Below, piece after piece: positions 30,799-43,293 of a stretch of 64,000 nt of DNA. The notes under the pieces are model-generated. The model did no database searches, was not told the DNA's origin, and worked only from the letters and a program-made list of their open reading frames with translations. Made by a program: the position numbers and the translations under genes. Source of the DNA: Octopus vulgaris (taxonomy: Eukaryota). The stretch covers positions 4,712,001-4,776,000 of the forward strand of contig OX597831.1 in the NCBI GenBank assembly GCA_951406725.2. The letters run 5' to 3'. The first letter of the stretch is position 1. Each line of letters begins with the position of its first letter.

Positions 30799-31002
30799 GA
30801 TAGTCAAAAATAGCTAATTTTAAATTGGATGGCAGGAAATTGTTAAGGTTAGCATTAAGTATTATTTTCAAGATTAAATCTTTAAATACATTAATGAGAT
30901 TAGACGTAAATCTTTTGGGTTTTTTAGTTAGAAAAGATAACAAATATGAGAAGATGAGGATAAGATAATCCTCTACATATGATACTTATTTTATATATAT
31001 AT

Positions 31003-31240
31003 TCTTTACTCTTTACTTTTTCTTTACTTTGCTCCATGCTGGAGCAACGCCTTTAGTCGAGCACATCGATCCCGGGACTTATTCTTTGTAAGCCTAGTAC
31101 TTATTCTATCGGTCTCTTTTGCCGAACCGCTGAGTTACGGGGACATGAACATACCAGCATCGGCTGTCAAGCGATGTTGGGGGACAAACACAGACACACA
31201 AACATACACACACACACACACACATGTATATATATATATA

Positions 31241-31300
<60 letters not shown>

Positions 31301-31471
31301 CATATATACGAAGGGCTTCTTTTAGTTTCCGTCTAACAAATCCCCTCACAAGGCTTTGGTCGGCGCGAGGCTATAGTAGAAGACGATTGCCCAAGGTGCC
31401 ACGCAGTGGGACTGAACCCAGAACCATGTGGATAGTAAGCAAGCTACTTACCACACAGCCACTCCTACGCC
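31003..31471 (-). mobile_element. SINE family A
   Basis: Aligns with other family A copies. Confidence 0.9.
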
Positions 31472-31609
31472 TATATATATATATATATATATATAAAACA
31501 TAGGATTATGAAACTTAATGTGGGACAAGCAAACACCGAAATTTTTTTTAGGCACAAAAGAAAAAGAAAGAAGGAACTGCAAAAGTACAACAGAGAAGTA
31601 ATAACTTTT

Positions 31610-31990
31610 ATCCTTTGCTCGTTTCAATCATTAGAGTGCGACCATGCCGGGGCACCGCCTCGAAGTGTTTTTAGTCGAGTGGATGACTTCAGGCCCTTTT
31701 TTTTGTTTTTAGGCTTGGTACTTATTCTTTCAGTCTCTTTTGCCGAACCGCTAATGTTACAAGGATGTAAACATACCAACATCGGTTGTCCAGTAGTGGT
31801 GAGCGACGAGCACAGACATAAAGACACTCTCACCCTTCCCCCACGAATATATATATTCGATGGCCTTCTTTCAGTTTCCGTCTACCAAATCCACTCTCAA
31901 GGCTTTTGGTTGGACCGAGTCTAGAGTAAAAGACACTTCCCCAAGGTGCCACACAATAGGACCGAACTCAGAACCATGTGGTTGGGAAGG
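31610..31990 (-). mobile_element. SINE family A, diverged
   Basis: Aligns with other family A copies. Confidence 0.8.
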
Positions 31991-32824
31991 ATCTCGAAGC
32001 TATAAATATACCAATAAAACAACGATGTGTAAATATTGAGCTAAAATAAAACCTTAGGATAGAAAAAGTCGAAGGCTTTCTCGAGACTCGACCCCACACT
32101 TCCTGCAAACATGACAGGTGTTCCAGCATTGGGCCAAACGAAAACCTTCGAATGTATTCCTTTTAAAAACTTTATTCTTTCAGCGAGAAATATCTAATGT
32201 TGTTGGAAGTATTTGCAAGCTTCGAGGGGACATGAAATGACAGTTTGGGCTCATGTCGCACGGACAGCCTTTGACTTATGTATCCAAAGGGCATTTTTTA
32301 TATACCCAATGCTTACACATTATCATTTATAGCTTTATCTGCTTCGAGCTCCACCGTTCCAAAAAAGAATTATTTCACGTTCTTCCGAAGCTTGTATTTT
32401 TTATGACGTCAGCGCAGTTAATATTCTTTTTATACATGCATATATTTACATAAATAGATTTTTGTAATAATGATCCAAATAAGAAGACAAAGGAATCTTT
32501 TAACACATCTTTAATGATTCTTTACGACTGTTTCTGTACCAGTCCTGCTTGCAACTCCAGTTTACGCAAAAATTCGAAGTGAGAATTTACGTAATGTATA
32601 TATACATATATACCTACATGTGTGTATGTGTGTGTGCGTGAGAGCGCGTGCGTGTTTGTATACACACACAGACACACACACTCACACAGAGTTACAGAGA
32701 TACAGAGAGAGAGGAAGAGTAAGAGAGAAAGAAAGAGAGAGAGAGACAAAGAGAAAGAGAGAGAGAATGACAGTGAAGCTAATATTCAGATAACCGGAAG
32801 AAGCGGTCTGACATTAAAATACAA

Positions 32825-32910
32825 ATAACAATAATAATAATAGTAGTAACCATAATAATAACAAGAAGAAGAAAAATACTAATAATAATAATAGTAACAA
32901 TAACAATAAC

Positions 32911-32959
<49 letters not shown>

Positions 32960-33136
32960 GTAACCATAATAATAACAAGAAGAAAAATAATAATAATAAC
33001 AATAATAATAATAATAATAATAATAGTAACCATAATAATAACAAGAAGAAAAATAATAATAATAACAATAATAATAATAATAATAATAACAATAATGATA
33101 ATAATAGTAGTAATAATAATAACAACAACAACAATA

Positions 33137-33171
<35 letters not shown>

Positions 33172-33180
33172 AATGGTGAT
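32825..33180. repeat. (AAT)n tract with a three-fold nested repeat
   Basis: AGTAACCATAATAATAACAAGAAGAA recurs three times. Confidence 0.85.
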
Positions 33181-33948
33181 ATATATATATATATATATGA
33201 AAAGAGAGCGCGACAATAGGGATGAGTGATAAGTGAGAGAGAGAGGGGGATGAGAGAAAAAAGAAGAATAAAGAAGGGGAGATGGGAGTAAAGGGAGAAA
33301 GAAAGAAGGAGAGAGGGGGGAGGGAGGTAGGTAGGGAGAGTATAGTGAAGCGAAGTGACAGGTGAGATATAAATGTGTAGTAAATCTAGCGTGATTGTGT
33401 CAGTGGTCAGTTTATCGGACATGATAGATTGCTGTTCCTTTAAATCACAGAAAGCAGGGGTCAAAGTTTAACCCACATTAGCCCCTTAAATAGCCCTATA
33501 AAAACATTCTCCTAAAACATCTTTATTTGCTTCGTAATTATTCTGGTCGTTCACAGGCACAAGATCTAGACACAGTTTTCTGTTTTTTCTTTTTCTTATC
33601 TTATTTTTTCAAAAAAATCTTTCTTAGAAGCAGGCATGGATGTGTGGTTAAGATGCTCGTTCGGCAACCTCGTAGTTCCAAGTTCAATCTCACTGTCTAG
33701 CACATTGTCCAAGTGTTTCTGTTTCTATGTATACACACACACGCTCTCACACACATATATGTATGTTCATTATGTACATTATGTACATTATTTACATTTG
33801 ACGGATATTTGTCCTCATCTTCTTTGTTGTTAATACAACGTTTCGGCTGATATACCCTCAAGGGTAAGTAATGTAAATAATGTAAACAATGTATATCATT
33901 CCTCATCTCTTAAATATAGAACAGTATTTTGCATGTTCATGTTTGTAA

Positions 33949-34002
<54 letters not shown>

Positions 34003-34029
34003 GCACACATGCATACATACGTATATCTT

Positions 34030-34395
34030 TTCTCTTTTTATTTGATTGCGGTCATGCAAGAACACTGCCTTTTAGTCGAATAAATCGACTCCAGGACGTA
34101 TTCTTTGGAAGCCCAGTACTTAATCTATCGGTCTCATTTGCTGAACCGCTAAGTGACGGGAACGTAAAGACACCAACATCGGTTGTCAAACGATGGTGGG
34201 GACAAACACAAACACACAAATACATTCTATATATATATATAGACGACGGGCTTCTTTCAGTTTCCGTCAACCAAATCCACTCAGAACCCTTTGGTTATAG
34301 TAGAAATCACTTGCCCAAGGTGACACGCAGTGGGACTGAACCCGGAACCATGCGGTTGAAAAGCAAGCTTCTTATCACACAGCCACTCTTGCGCC
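34030..34395 (-). mobile_element. SINE family A
   Basis: Aligns with other family A copies. Confidence 0.85.
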
Positions 34396-34402
34396 TGCCA
34401 TG

Positions 34403-34601
34403 GTAGATCGCTAGCTCCTACACGCATATTTTTTCTCTCCTTGTTTCTCTCTTTGTTTTTTTTTCTGTGTATCTTTCTGTCGAAGAGCGTAGGCTCGAAA
34501 CGTAAAAGACTTGTTCTATTTCTATTCCTGAGCGCCATACTAATACAATTGTTTGTTTGTACTCCACCTGCCTTCGTCTTTTGTTTATTTTCGTAAACCT
34601 T

Positions 34602-34605
<4 letters not shown>
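34403..34605 (+). mobile_element. short element carrying a variant minimal hammerhead-like motif (34472-34509), next to (TA)n
   Basis: TCTTT-CTGTCGA-A-GAGC-GTAG-GCTC-GAAA-CG-TA-AAAGA. Second copy at about 17985-18167. Confidence 0.6.
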
Positions 34606-34653
<48 letters not shown>

Positions 34654-34786
34654 AGGGGGAAACAAAGAAATGAAAAATAAGTGGATAGAATTACCAGTTT
34701 AATTGTATGTTACAAAAAAATGACATTTAAAAAAAATAACAGTGAAAATAAATTGGTTAGAAGTTGAAAGTTGAAAGAAAAATACA

Positions 34787-34933
34787 TATTTCTTTACTAC
34801 CCACAAGGGGCTAAACACAGAGGGGACAAACAGGGACAGACAAACGGATTAAGTCGATTACATCGACCCCAGTGCGTAACTGGTACTTAATTTATCGACC
34901 CCGAAAGGATGAAAGGCAAAGTCGACCTCGGCG
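34787..34933 (-). mobile_element. SINE family B, 3' part
   Basis: TATTTCTTTACTACCCACAAGGGGCTAAACA...GGATGAAAGGCAAAGTCGACCTCGGCG. Confidence 0.85.
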
Positions 34934-35377
34934 ATGATAAAAAGAGAGAAAAGAATCTACATATATGTTTCAGTCGTATCATCCTGTTGATGGGAATTTC
35001 AAAGCATTTTGTTTAATGCAAAGGAAGTTGCCATATTCAAAATTTATGATGGAAGGACTTCGTCAGGGCTCATGTAGAGCTCATACAACTTAGGTAATCA
35101 CTCTGTCTTACTTATGGAAACATGATGTGTAGTAAGTCGATGAGATTTGAACCAGGGATGTGAAGATGTGAAATTATGGAAAGGGCAGATAGACTTCACT
35201 CGCCTCTGCTAAAATCTATAGGAGCATAATCATTAATGGTCTCTCTCTCCCTCCTTAATACACACACACACAGACCACATGTATGTAGACTCGTTTTACG
35301 AGCTCACTAAACTTTAAGATACATGGAACCGAGTCAACTTATTAAATAATATATGTACACTCACATATGCACACATA

Positions 35378-35417
<40 letters not shown>

Positions 35418-35509
35418 CACATACACACACACACGCACACATATATACATACACACACACGCAGATATATATATATTAAATGATATATGTACACACACAT
35501 ACGTACACA

Positions 35510-35546
<37 letters not shown>

Positions 35547-35945
35547 GTTCTATGAGAGAGCGTGTGTGTGTATATGTATACGTACATTCAGATATGTATG
35601 TGTTAATGTACATATGCATATATATGTGTGCGTGCGTGTGTGTGTGTATAGGTGTCTGTTTATATACGTATATGTGGTGTATGTTTGTGTGCGCGCATAT
35701 ATAGACACCTGAAACATGGCTAGGTGAGCCACAGTGACAGACAGGTGTTTCAACCACCCAGTAAGCCACCTACCCACAGGTATCTATCAATCTTAATCAC
35801 ATTAAACCTGTCATTATTAAAACCCACAGACAGACACATCCATTAGAGAAGCGGGAGGAGTGGAAGGGGTGGGAGGAGACGGTGCAAGTTACGGTTGATT
35901 CACCTCAACGGACACAGATTAAACGGTACACGGGATCACTTTCAG

Positions 35946-36129
<184 letters not shown>

Positions 36130-36224
36130 GTATGTATATATATATGTATATATACATGTATATACACGTATATATATAATACATAGACACACATGTATAA
36201 TACATACATAAATTTACAACTAAT

Positions 36225-36420
36225 GTAAGTTCAATTCCAGGACCCGGGTTGCGTGTTGTGATCTTGAGCAAGACACTTTATTTCACATTGCTCCAGTTCA
36301 TTCAGTTGTAGAAATGCGTTGCGACGTCACTGATGCCAAGCTCTATCGGCCCCTTTGCCTTTCCCGTGGGTGTAAGATCAGTGGCGTGTAGAGGAGAGCT
36401 GGTATGCATGGGCGACTGAT
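36225..36420 (+). mobile_element. fragment of another tRNA-derived SINE with a CORE/V-like central domain
   Basis: B box GTTCAATTCC followed by TGTGATCTTGAGCAAGACACTTTA...TTGCTCCAGTTCA. Confidence 0.55.
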
Positions 36421-36559
36421 TTGTATGTATGTGTGTATGTATGTATGTATGTATGTATGTATGCATGCATGTATGTTTGTATGTAGGTATGTATGTGTTT
36501 ATAGCTGTGTATTTGAATAGAATATCTTGTCTGTACAGCGGAGCACCAACAGGTGAGCT

Positions 36560-37600
36560 AACAAGTTCGTTAACAAGTTCGTTATCTAGACGAACACACA
36601 GCTTAGCGTCATTTCTTCTAGATCTTTACGTTCTGAATTCAAACCCTACCTAGGTTAGCTTTGGCTTTCTTCCTTTCGGAGTTGATAAAATATCGGTCGA
36701 TGTAATTGACTCATTCCCTCTTTTCAGATTTGCTGAAACGGACCAGCATGCAGTTCAAGGTTGACGTTGTGATCTCGGATACTTATACGACCCGAAACCC
36801 TAAGGCTCAGGAAGTATGAAGTAAAAGTAAACATGGATACGATTGATTTTGTCAGGTTCAAAGATCACCATTCACTACCGTCGACAATGTCTTCATTTTT
36901 GAAATTATTTGAATTATTATTAAGTAGAATTATTAAGTCAGTGCGTCGGACAAAATGTTCTACGTTATTTCTCCCGGACATTTTACGTTCGCGAACTGGC
37001 AGAATCGTTACCATGCTGGATGAAATGCTTAGCGGTATTTCGTCTGCAGTTACGTTCTGAGTTCAAATTCCGCCGAGGTCGACTTTGCCTTTCATCCTTT
37101 CGGGGTCGATTAAATAAGTACCAGTTACGCACTGAGATCGATATAATCGACTTAATCCCTTTGTCTGTCCTTGTTTGTCCTCTCTGTGTTTAGCGCCTTG
37201 TGGGTAGTAAAGAAATAGGTATTTCGTCCGTCTTTACGTTCTGAGTTTACAATTTACAGCTTATATCGGCTCCATACGTTCTGAGTTCAAATTCCGCCGA
37301 GGTCAGCGTTGCCTTTCATTTTTTCGGAGTCTATAAATGAAGTATCAGTAAAACACTGGGGTCTGTCGTTGTAATTGACTAGCCCCCTCCCAACAAATTT
37401 GAGGCCTTGTACCTATAGTAGAAAGAATTATTAAATAGAATGTAATAGTCAGTGCGTCGGACAAAATGTTCTACGTTATTTCTCCCGGACATTTTACGTT
37501 CTGAGATCAAATTACGCCGTTGTCAAGTTTGCATTTTATCTTTATGGAGCCGATATAAGAAAGTATTTGTCACATACTGGACTCAGTGTAATCGGACAGC
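36560..37600 (+). mobile_element. cluster of SINE family B copies (young copy 36991-37217 plus partial and diverged copies)
   Basis: Repeated TACGTTCTGAGTTCAAATTCCGCCGAGGTC and GCCTTTCATCCTTTCGGGGTCGAT. Confidence 0.85.
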
Positions 37601-37821
37601 TAACGATAAGAGTGATATTCTCCCCTTTTGTACGGCACAATAAATATTTTCTATTGCGAAGGTTTAGAGGTGTCTTAAGCTCGATTGATGATCAGGTATT
37701 TAGTATCAGTCATATTCCATGGCATATACGTCGACGTAGTACGTAAACTCGTACTATAAACATTCAAACATCATCACATCAACCGCTCTCTCTCTCCATC
37801 TCTCTCTCTCTCTCTCTCTCT

Positions 37822-37852
<31 letters not shown>

Positions 37853-37973
37853 CCCAAGTCTTTCACATGGAATGTTTGCTCCTCTAAGTCATCTTGGTGT
37901 ATAACTCAATATATCTTTATAGAAATATTATTATTTCTAAGTCTCTCTAAAAGAGACTACGGCAGTGGTACTG

Positions 37974-38156
37974 GATATTAGCAATTATCGCCAAGCTAAT
38001 ACGACAGTTCAAAAACATAGGACTAAAGCTGCCGCTGATTAGCTCCAAGAGGCCATATAGCTAGCTAGAGGTGATGACCTCTTAGAGCTAATCAACGGCA
38101 GCTTTAGTCCTATATTTATGGACTGCCATATTAGCTTGGCGATAACTGTTAATATC
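37974..38156. mobile_element. fold-back MITE-like element, near-complete hairpin with arms of about 85 bp
   Basis: GATATTAGCAATTATCGCCAAGCTAATA... pairs with ...TATTAGCTTGGCGATAACTGTTAATATC. Confidence 0.75.
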
Positions 38157-38539
38157 AATATATCTTCCTTTGCTGTAAATTTCTGAAAAATTTGACTTGT
38201 ATTCTGGAAAATACAAGCTATGACTGAGTGAACTTACTGTCCAAAGCATTCCAGCCATGCCCATCCTACATTCTTGTCTATCTAGGGACTACTTCTTCAA
38301 CATCTTGCACCTTTTTTTTCACTTCATGGTGTTGCCATACTTTCCAATATACAAATCGAAGTAGTGTATAGTAAAAACATTCAAACATTGTCACCAACTT
38401 TCCAAATCCTGCTGAATTTCACACGGAACATTTGGTCCTCCAAAGTTGACTTGGTGTATAAGTCGACCTACCTGTCTTGGCTGTAAATTGTAATCAGAAA
38501 CATTCGAATTGCTGGGAAATACAACCATTCCTGTTCAAG

Positions 38540-38925
38540 GCTGACAAAGAAGCTTGAGAGGCGGTTGGATGGAACCTACACTCGCCTCCTTATGAGAGCT
38601 CAAAATCTCTCGTGGAAGCGCCATCCAACCAAAATGCAAATATATGGGAAACTACCACCTGTGTCATCTCTTGTGAAAGGTAAGAGAGTCCAGTTTACTG
38701 GACATTGTTGTAGAGCTGAAAAAGAGGTAATTTCTACTCTTCTCCTCTGGAAGCCATCTACCCGTAATACCAGAGGGCGCAGACTTTCCTACCCTCATGT
38801 AATCTCCAGGGATACAGGCATCCAGCAACAGGACCTCCGTAATACTATGATGGACCGTGAAGTCTGGCGTAGCATGGTAAATTCCAGTGTCTCGACCACG
38901 GTCGTACAATGATGAAATGATGACA
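38540..38925 (+). mobile_element. RTE/RTE-X LINE 3' fragment (ORF C-terminus with short (TGA)n-like tail)
   Basis: LDGTYTRLLMRAQNLSWKRHPT...QFTGHCCR...LLLWKP...MMDREVWR has the SW, GH..R and DR..WR motifs of RTE-group C-termini. Confidence 0.85.
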
Positions 38926-39273
38926 AAGACATAACTTTCCAGATGAGATGTGGCGCGTGTATCACAGATCCACAAAAGGCGACTTTTCCTATCAATGTTG
39001 TGAGAATTCTCTAACTCGCCGGATATGTACTCATCTGTAATTTTCTGCTGGGATGATGAACGTTTCTACTCCGAGTTTCTGTACTAGTGGATTAGTCCTG
39101 CTGCCTTTAGTTCATGGAGAACAGCCCCGTCCCCGGGAGTGTCTAACCAGGTGTTCTTATTCTAATCTCATGTTATTATTTTCCATTTTGTCTGCACACG
39201 TGATGTAGACAATTGTTCTTTTACCGTTTTATGTAAGTATATAAATGTACGCATTGTGTATGTACAGACAATG

Positions 39274-39310
<37 letters not shown>

Positions 39311-39529
39311 ATGTGTGTGTATGAAAACGTACGTAGAAACTGATGTGTACGTGTGAGTTAGTCTTAGCGTGTGTGTATACGTGCGTGCGTATGTACGTGT
39401 GTGTGCGCGCGTGTGAGTTTGCAAATGGGTCTTACATACAAAGAAAACGGAGTTGAATTTCAGAAAATACTACGGTATCTTCAATAGAGAAAGAGAGGAA
39501 GAGAGAGGGAGCGGGGTAGAGAGAGAGAG

Positions 39530-39575
<46 letters not shown>

Positions 39576-39698
39576 GGGAAACGCGCATACGTGCACCCGT
39601 ACATACTCATTACATACACCCGTTAAACCATATTGCCGGAAAGCATGCGTGTACATACATATATATATATATATACATATACATACATACGTACATAT

Positions 39699-39769
<71 letters not shown>

Positions 39770-40096
39770 TATACATACACACATACATATATATATATAT
39801 ACACACAAACACATACGCGCGCGCGCACTCATATATAATCATTTTAAACTTCCGTTTTCTGTTCCTCATTCCACACTTCACTGATTATATTATATTAACA
39901 TGATATATACCCCCACCACCCAAACTCCCTTTTTCTCTCTCCCCCTCTCAATCTCTGTCTATCATAATATAAGCATACATGTATGTATTTACAATGTATA
40001 TATTTACATATGTACTTGTATATATTTGTATATGCATATATATATATATATATATATATATTTTACATGCATATACACGCATTATATATATAGAAA

Positions 40097-40140
40097 GGCG
40101 CAGGAGTGGCTGTGTGGGAAGAATCTTCCTTCCTAATCAC

Positions 40141-40175
<35 letters not shown>

Positions 40176-40440
40176 TGTATGTATGTATGTATGTATGTAT
40201 GTATATGTTTGTGTTTCTGCGTTTGTCCCCGCCTACCACCACCACCACCACCAACAACCATCACTTGACAACCATTGTTTATGAGTTTATGAGTTTATGT
40301 CCCCGGAATCTAGCGGTTCGGGAAAAGAGACGATAAAATAATTACTAGGCTTACAAAGAATAAATCTTGGGATCGATTCCTTGGACTAAAGGTGGTGCTC
40401 CAGCATGGCCGCAGTCAAATGACTGAAACGTGTAAAAGCG
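40097..40440 (+). mobile_element. SINE family A with internal deletion
   Basis: Head 40097-40135 and 3' half 40205-40440. Confidence 0.8.
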
Positions 40441-40456
40441 TAAGAACATATATATA

Positions 40457-40506
<50 letters not shown>

Positions 40507-40580
40507 ATGTATGTATATATATATACATATATGCGTACAAATATAGTTACACACAGATACACACATACATATATGTGTAT

Positions 40581-40672
40581 ATACCGGGTTTTCACGTGTA
40601 GAATTTACGCCATTTTATTGTTGATTTTTAATGAAAAATTAGGGTGTAACTTATACACGAGTAAATAAGGTA
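40581..40672. mobile_element. small pogo/Tc2-like MITE remnant
   Basis: Imperfect TIRs TACCGGGTTTTCACGTGTA / TACACGAGTAAATAAGGTA with TA flanks. Confidence 0.45.
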
Positions 40673-40699
40673 TATATGTCTTCAAAAATCTATTGTAGA

Positions 40700-40890
40700 C
40701 AAAAGCCTGAAAATTTGGGGGCCAGTGGGTTACTTCGACCTCATTGCTCAGTTTGCGTTCAATTCATCGACCGCAAAACGATGAAAAAGAAATTCGACCT
40801 CAGCGGCATTTGAACTTAGAACGTAAATTCGGACGAAATGCCGCTAAGCAAATTTTTCCGGCTTGCTAACGATTCTGCCAGCTCACCGCT
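40700..40890 (-). mobile_element. SINE family B, diverged
   Basis: TTCGACCTCAGCGGCATTTGAACTTAGAACGTAA...CTGCCAGCTCACCGC. Confidence 0.8.
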
Positions 40891-40902
40891 TTATTTCTAA
40901 TG

Positions 40903-41585
40903 CAGTAATCCGTTGTCCTATCGCGGTTCAGCTATCGCGGTTCACCTATCGCGGTTTATTATTTAAGCTTACTTCGATTCCTCTGTTGTTTTGCATTTAT
41001 AATAAAATAACTCTCTTTACTCTTGACCAATTTACTCTTTTACTTGTTTCAGTCATTTGACTGAGGCCATGCTGGAGTTCCCGCCTTCAGTCGAGCTCAT
41101 CGACCCCAGGACTTATTCTTTGTAAGCTTAGTACGTATTCTATCGATCTCTTTTGCCGAACCGCTAGGTTACGGGGACGTAAACACACCAGCATCGGTTG
41201 TCAAGCGATGTTGGGGGGACAAACACAGATACACAAACATACACACACACACACACACGCACACACACATATATATACATACGACGGGCTTCTCTACAAG
41301 GCTTTGGTTGGCCCAAGGCTATAGTAGAAGCCACTTGCCGAAGGTGCCACGCAGTTGGACTGAACCCGGAACCATGTGGTTGGTAAGCAAGCTACCCACC
41401 ACACAGCCACTCCTGCGCCTATGTGTCTGTCTATATGAGTAAGTATATGTACACTCCTACGCCTATATACAAATTATAAAAAAATTAAAATAAATATAAA
41501 GTACTGTAGTGTTTCTACTTCGCGGATTTTCACCTTTCGCAAGCGGTTTTGGAACTGAACACCTATGATAGTCCACGAATTGCTG
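40903..41585. mobile_element. Tigger/pogo-like MITE interrupted by a SINE-A
   Basis: Ends CAGTAATCCGT / ACGAATTGCTG-TA. Subterminal CTATCGCGGTT three times. Confidence 0.55.
41012..41419 (-). mobile_element. SINE family A
   Basis: Aligns with other family A copies. Confidence 0.9.
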
Positions 41586-41599
41586 TATTATTAATAATA

Positions 41600-42160
41600 C
41601 TGGTTTCAAATTTTGGCACAAGGCCAGCAATATCGGATGAGTGGATAAGTACTCAGCCGGGACTTATTTTATCGGCTCCAAAAGGGATGAGAGGCAAAGT
41701 CAACCTTGGCGGAATTTGACTTCAGTACGTAAAAATGGACGAAATACCTATTTCTTCACTACCCATAAGGGGCTAAAAACAGAGCAGGCAAACAAGGACA
41801 GACAAAGGGATTAAGTCGATTATATCGACCCCTGTGCGTAACTGGTACTTATTTAATCGGCCCCGAAAGGATGAAAGGCAAAGTCGACCTCGGCGGAATT
41901 TGAACTCAGAACGTAGCGGCAGACGAAATACCTATTTCTTTATTAACCACAAGGGGCCAAACATAGAGGGGACAAACAAGGACAGACATAGGTATTAAGT
42001 CGATTACATCGACCCCAGTGCGTAACTGGTACTTAATTTATCGACTCCGAAAGGATGAAAGGCAAAGTCGACCTCGGTGGAATTTGAACTCAGAACGTAA
42101 CGGCAGACGAAATACCGCTAAGCATTTCGCCCGGCGTGCTAATGATTCTGCCAGCTCGCC
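41600..42160 (-). mobile_element. head-to-tail trimer of SINE family B
   Basis: Three successive bodies with identical junctions GAAATACC|TATTTCTT at 41748/9 and 41932/3. Confidence 0.9.
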
Positions 42161-42533
42161 CTTGTATTCCGAATATTATTAATAATATTAATATAAATTC
42201 TTATATTAACATTGATCAAGGGCGAAAGATGCTTTACAATTTAAGATGGCTGTTGTTGAAATTTTACTGTAACAATGGCTGCGATAGAAGCGAAATAGAA
42301 TAACAAAATTAGATGAACCAACAGTGGAATGTCTTCATTGATATATCTTGTGAGGGAGGGGGGGAAGGAAAAGAAGATCGTCCCATCTATCTTTCTTCTC
42401 AACCGGAATAAATCCCTTCCCTAAGCTCCCCATTACTATGTTTCCCTAATTGAATACCAAAGCATTTATCTAGATCTCCCTTACCACCCGCCTCCCCTCT
42501 TTTATGATGGCAGATACATAATTTGTTTTAGCC

Positions 42534-43050
42534 CTTCCTTCCTTCCTACCTTCCTTCCTTCCTTTCTTCCTTCCTTCCTTCCTTCTTTCCTTCCTTCCTT
42601 TCCTTCCTTTCCTTCCTTCCTTTCCTTCCGTCCTTCCTTCCTTCCTTCCTTTCCTTCCTTCCTTCCTTCCTTCCTTCCTTCCTTTCCTTCCTTTCTTCCT
42701 TCCTTCCTTTCTTCCTTCCTTCCTTTCTTCCTTCCTTCCTTTCTTCCTTCCTTCCTTCCTTCCTTCCTTCCTTTCCTTCCTTCCTTCCTTCCTTCCTTTC
42801 TTCCTTCCTTCCTTTCCTTCCTTCCTTCCTTCCTTCCTTCGTTTCCTTTCTTCCTTCCTTCCTTCCTTCCTTCCTTCCTTTCCTTCCTTCCTTCCTTCCT
42901 TCCTTTCTTCCTTCCTTCCTTCCTTTTTTCCTTCCTTCCTTCTTTCCCTTTCTTCCTTCCTTCCTTCCTTCCTTCCTTCCTTTCTTCCTTCCTTCCTTTC
43001 TTCCTTCCTTCCTTACTTTCTTTCTTTTTACTTCTTTGCCTCCCTTCTTT
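42534..43050. repeat. (CCTT)n polypyrimidine tract of about 500 bp
   Basis: Almost purely C/T on the + strand. Confidence 0.95.
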
Positions 43051-43293
43051 CTTGACAATTACAACACGGATCAATCATACAGATGGAACACATTTTTGTA
43101 ATTATTTATTTATTTGTTTATTTATTTATGTTCTTTAAGCCCCGCCCCGACCCCCCCCACTCTTGCCACTGTCCTTGTGGTATGTTATATACGTCTATAC
43201 AGGTGGGTGTATATATCCTCGATTCTTTCTTTGGCTGATATTTCTGCTCTAGTGTTAATGTGTTTAACGATACAGTATTGGCCTAATACACCA

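Noticed and set aside
34990-35070. CTGACGA...GAAA hammerhead candidate on the minus strand (likewise 4190-4240, 23540 and 56680)
   Set aside because: Stems I and III do not pair, or the GAAA is missing.
42502-43074. KEGR-repeat ORFs
   Set aside because: Translation of (GGAA)n.
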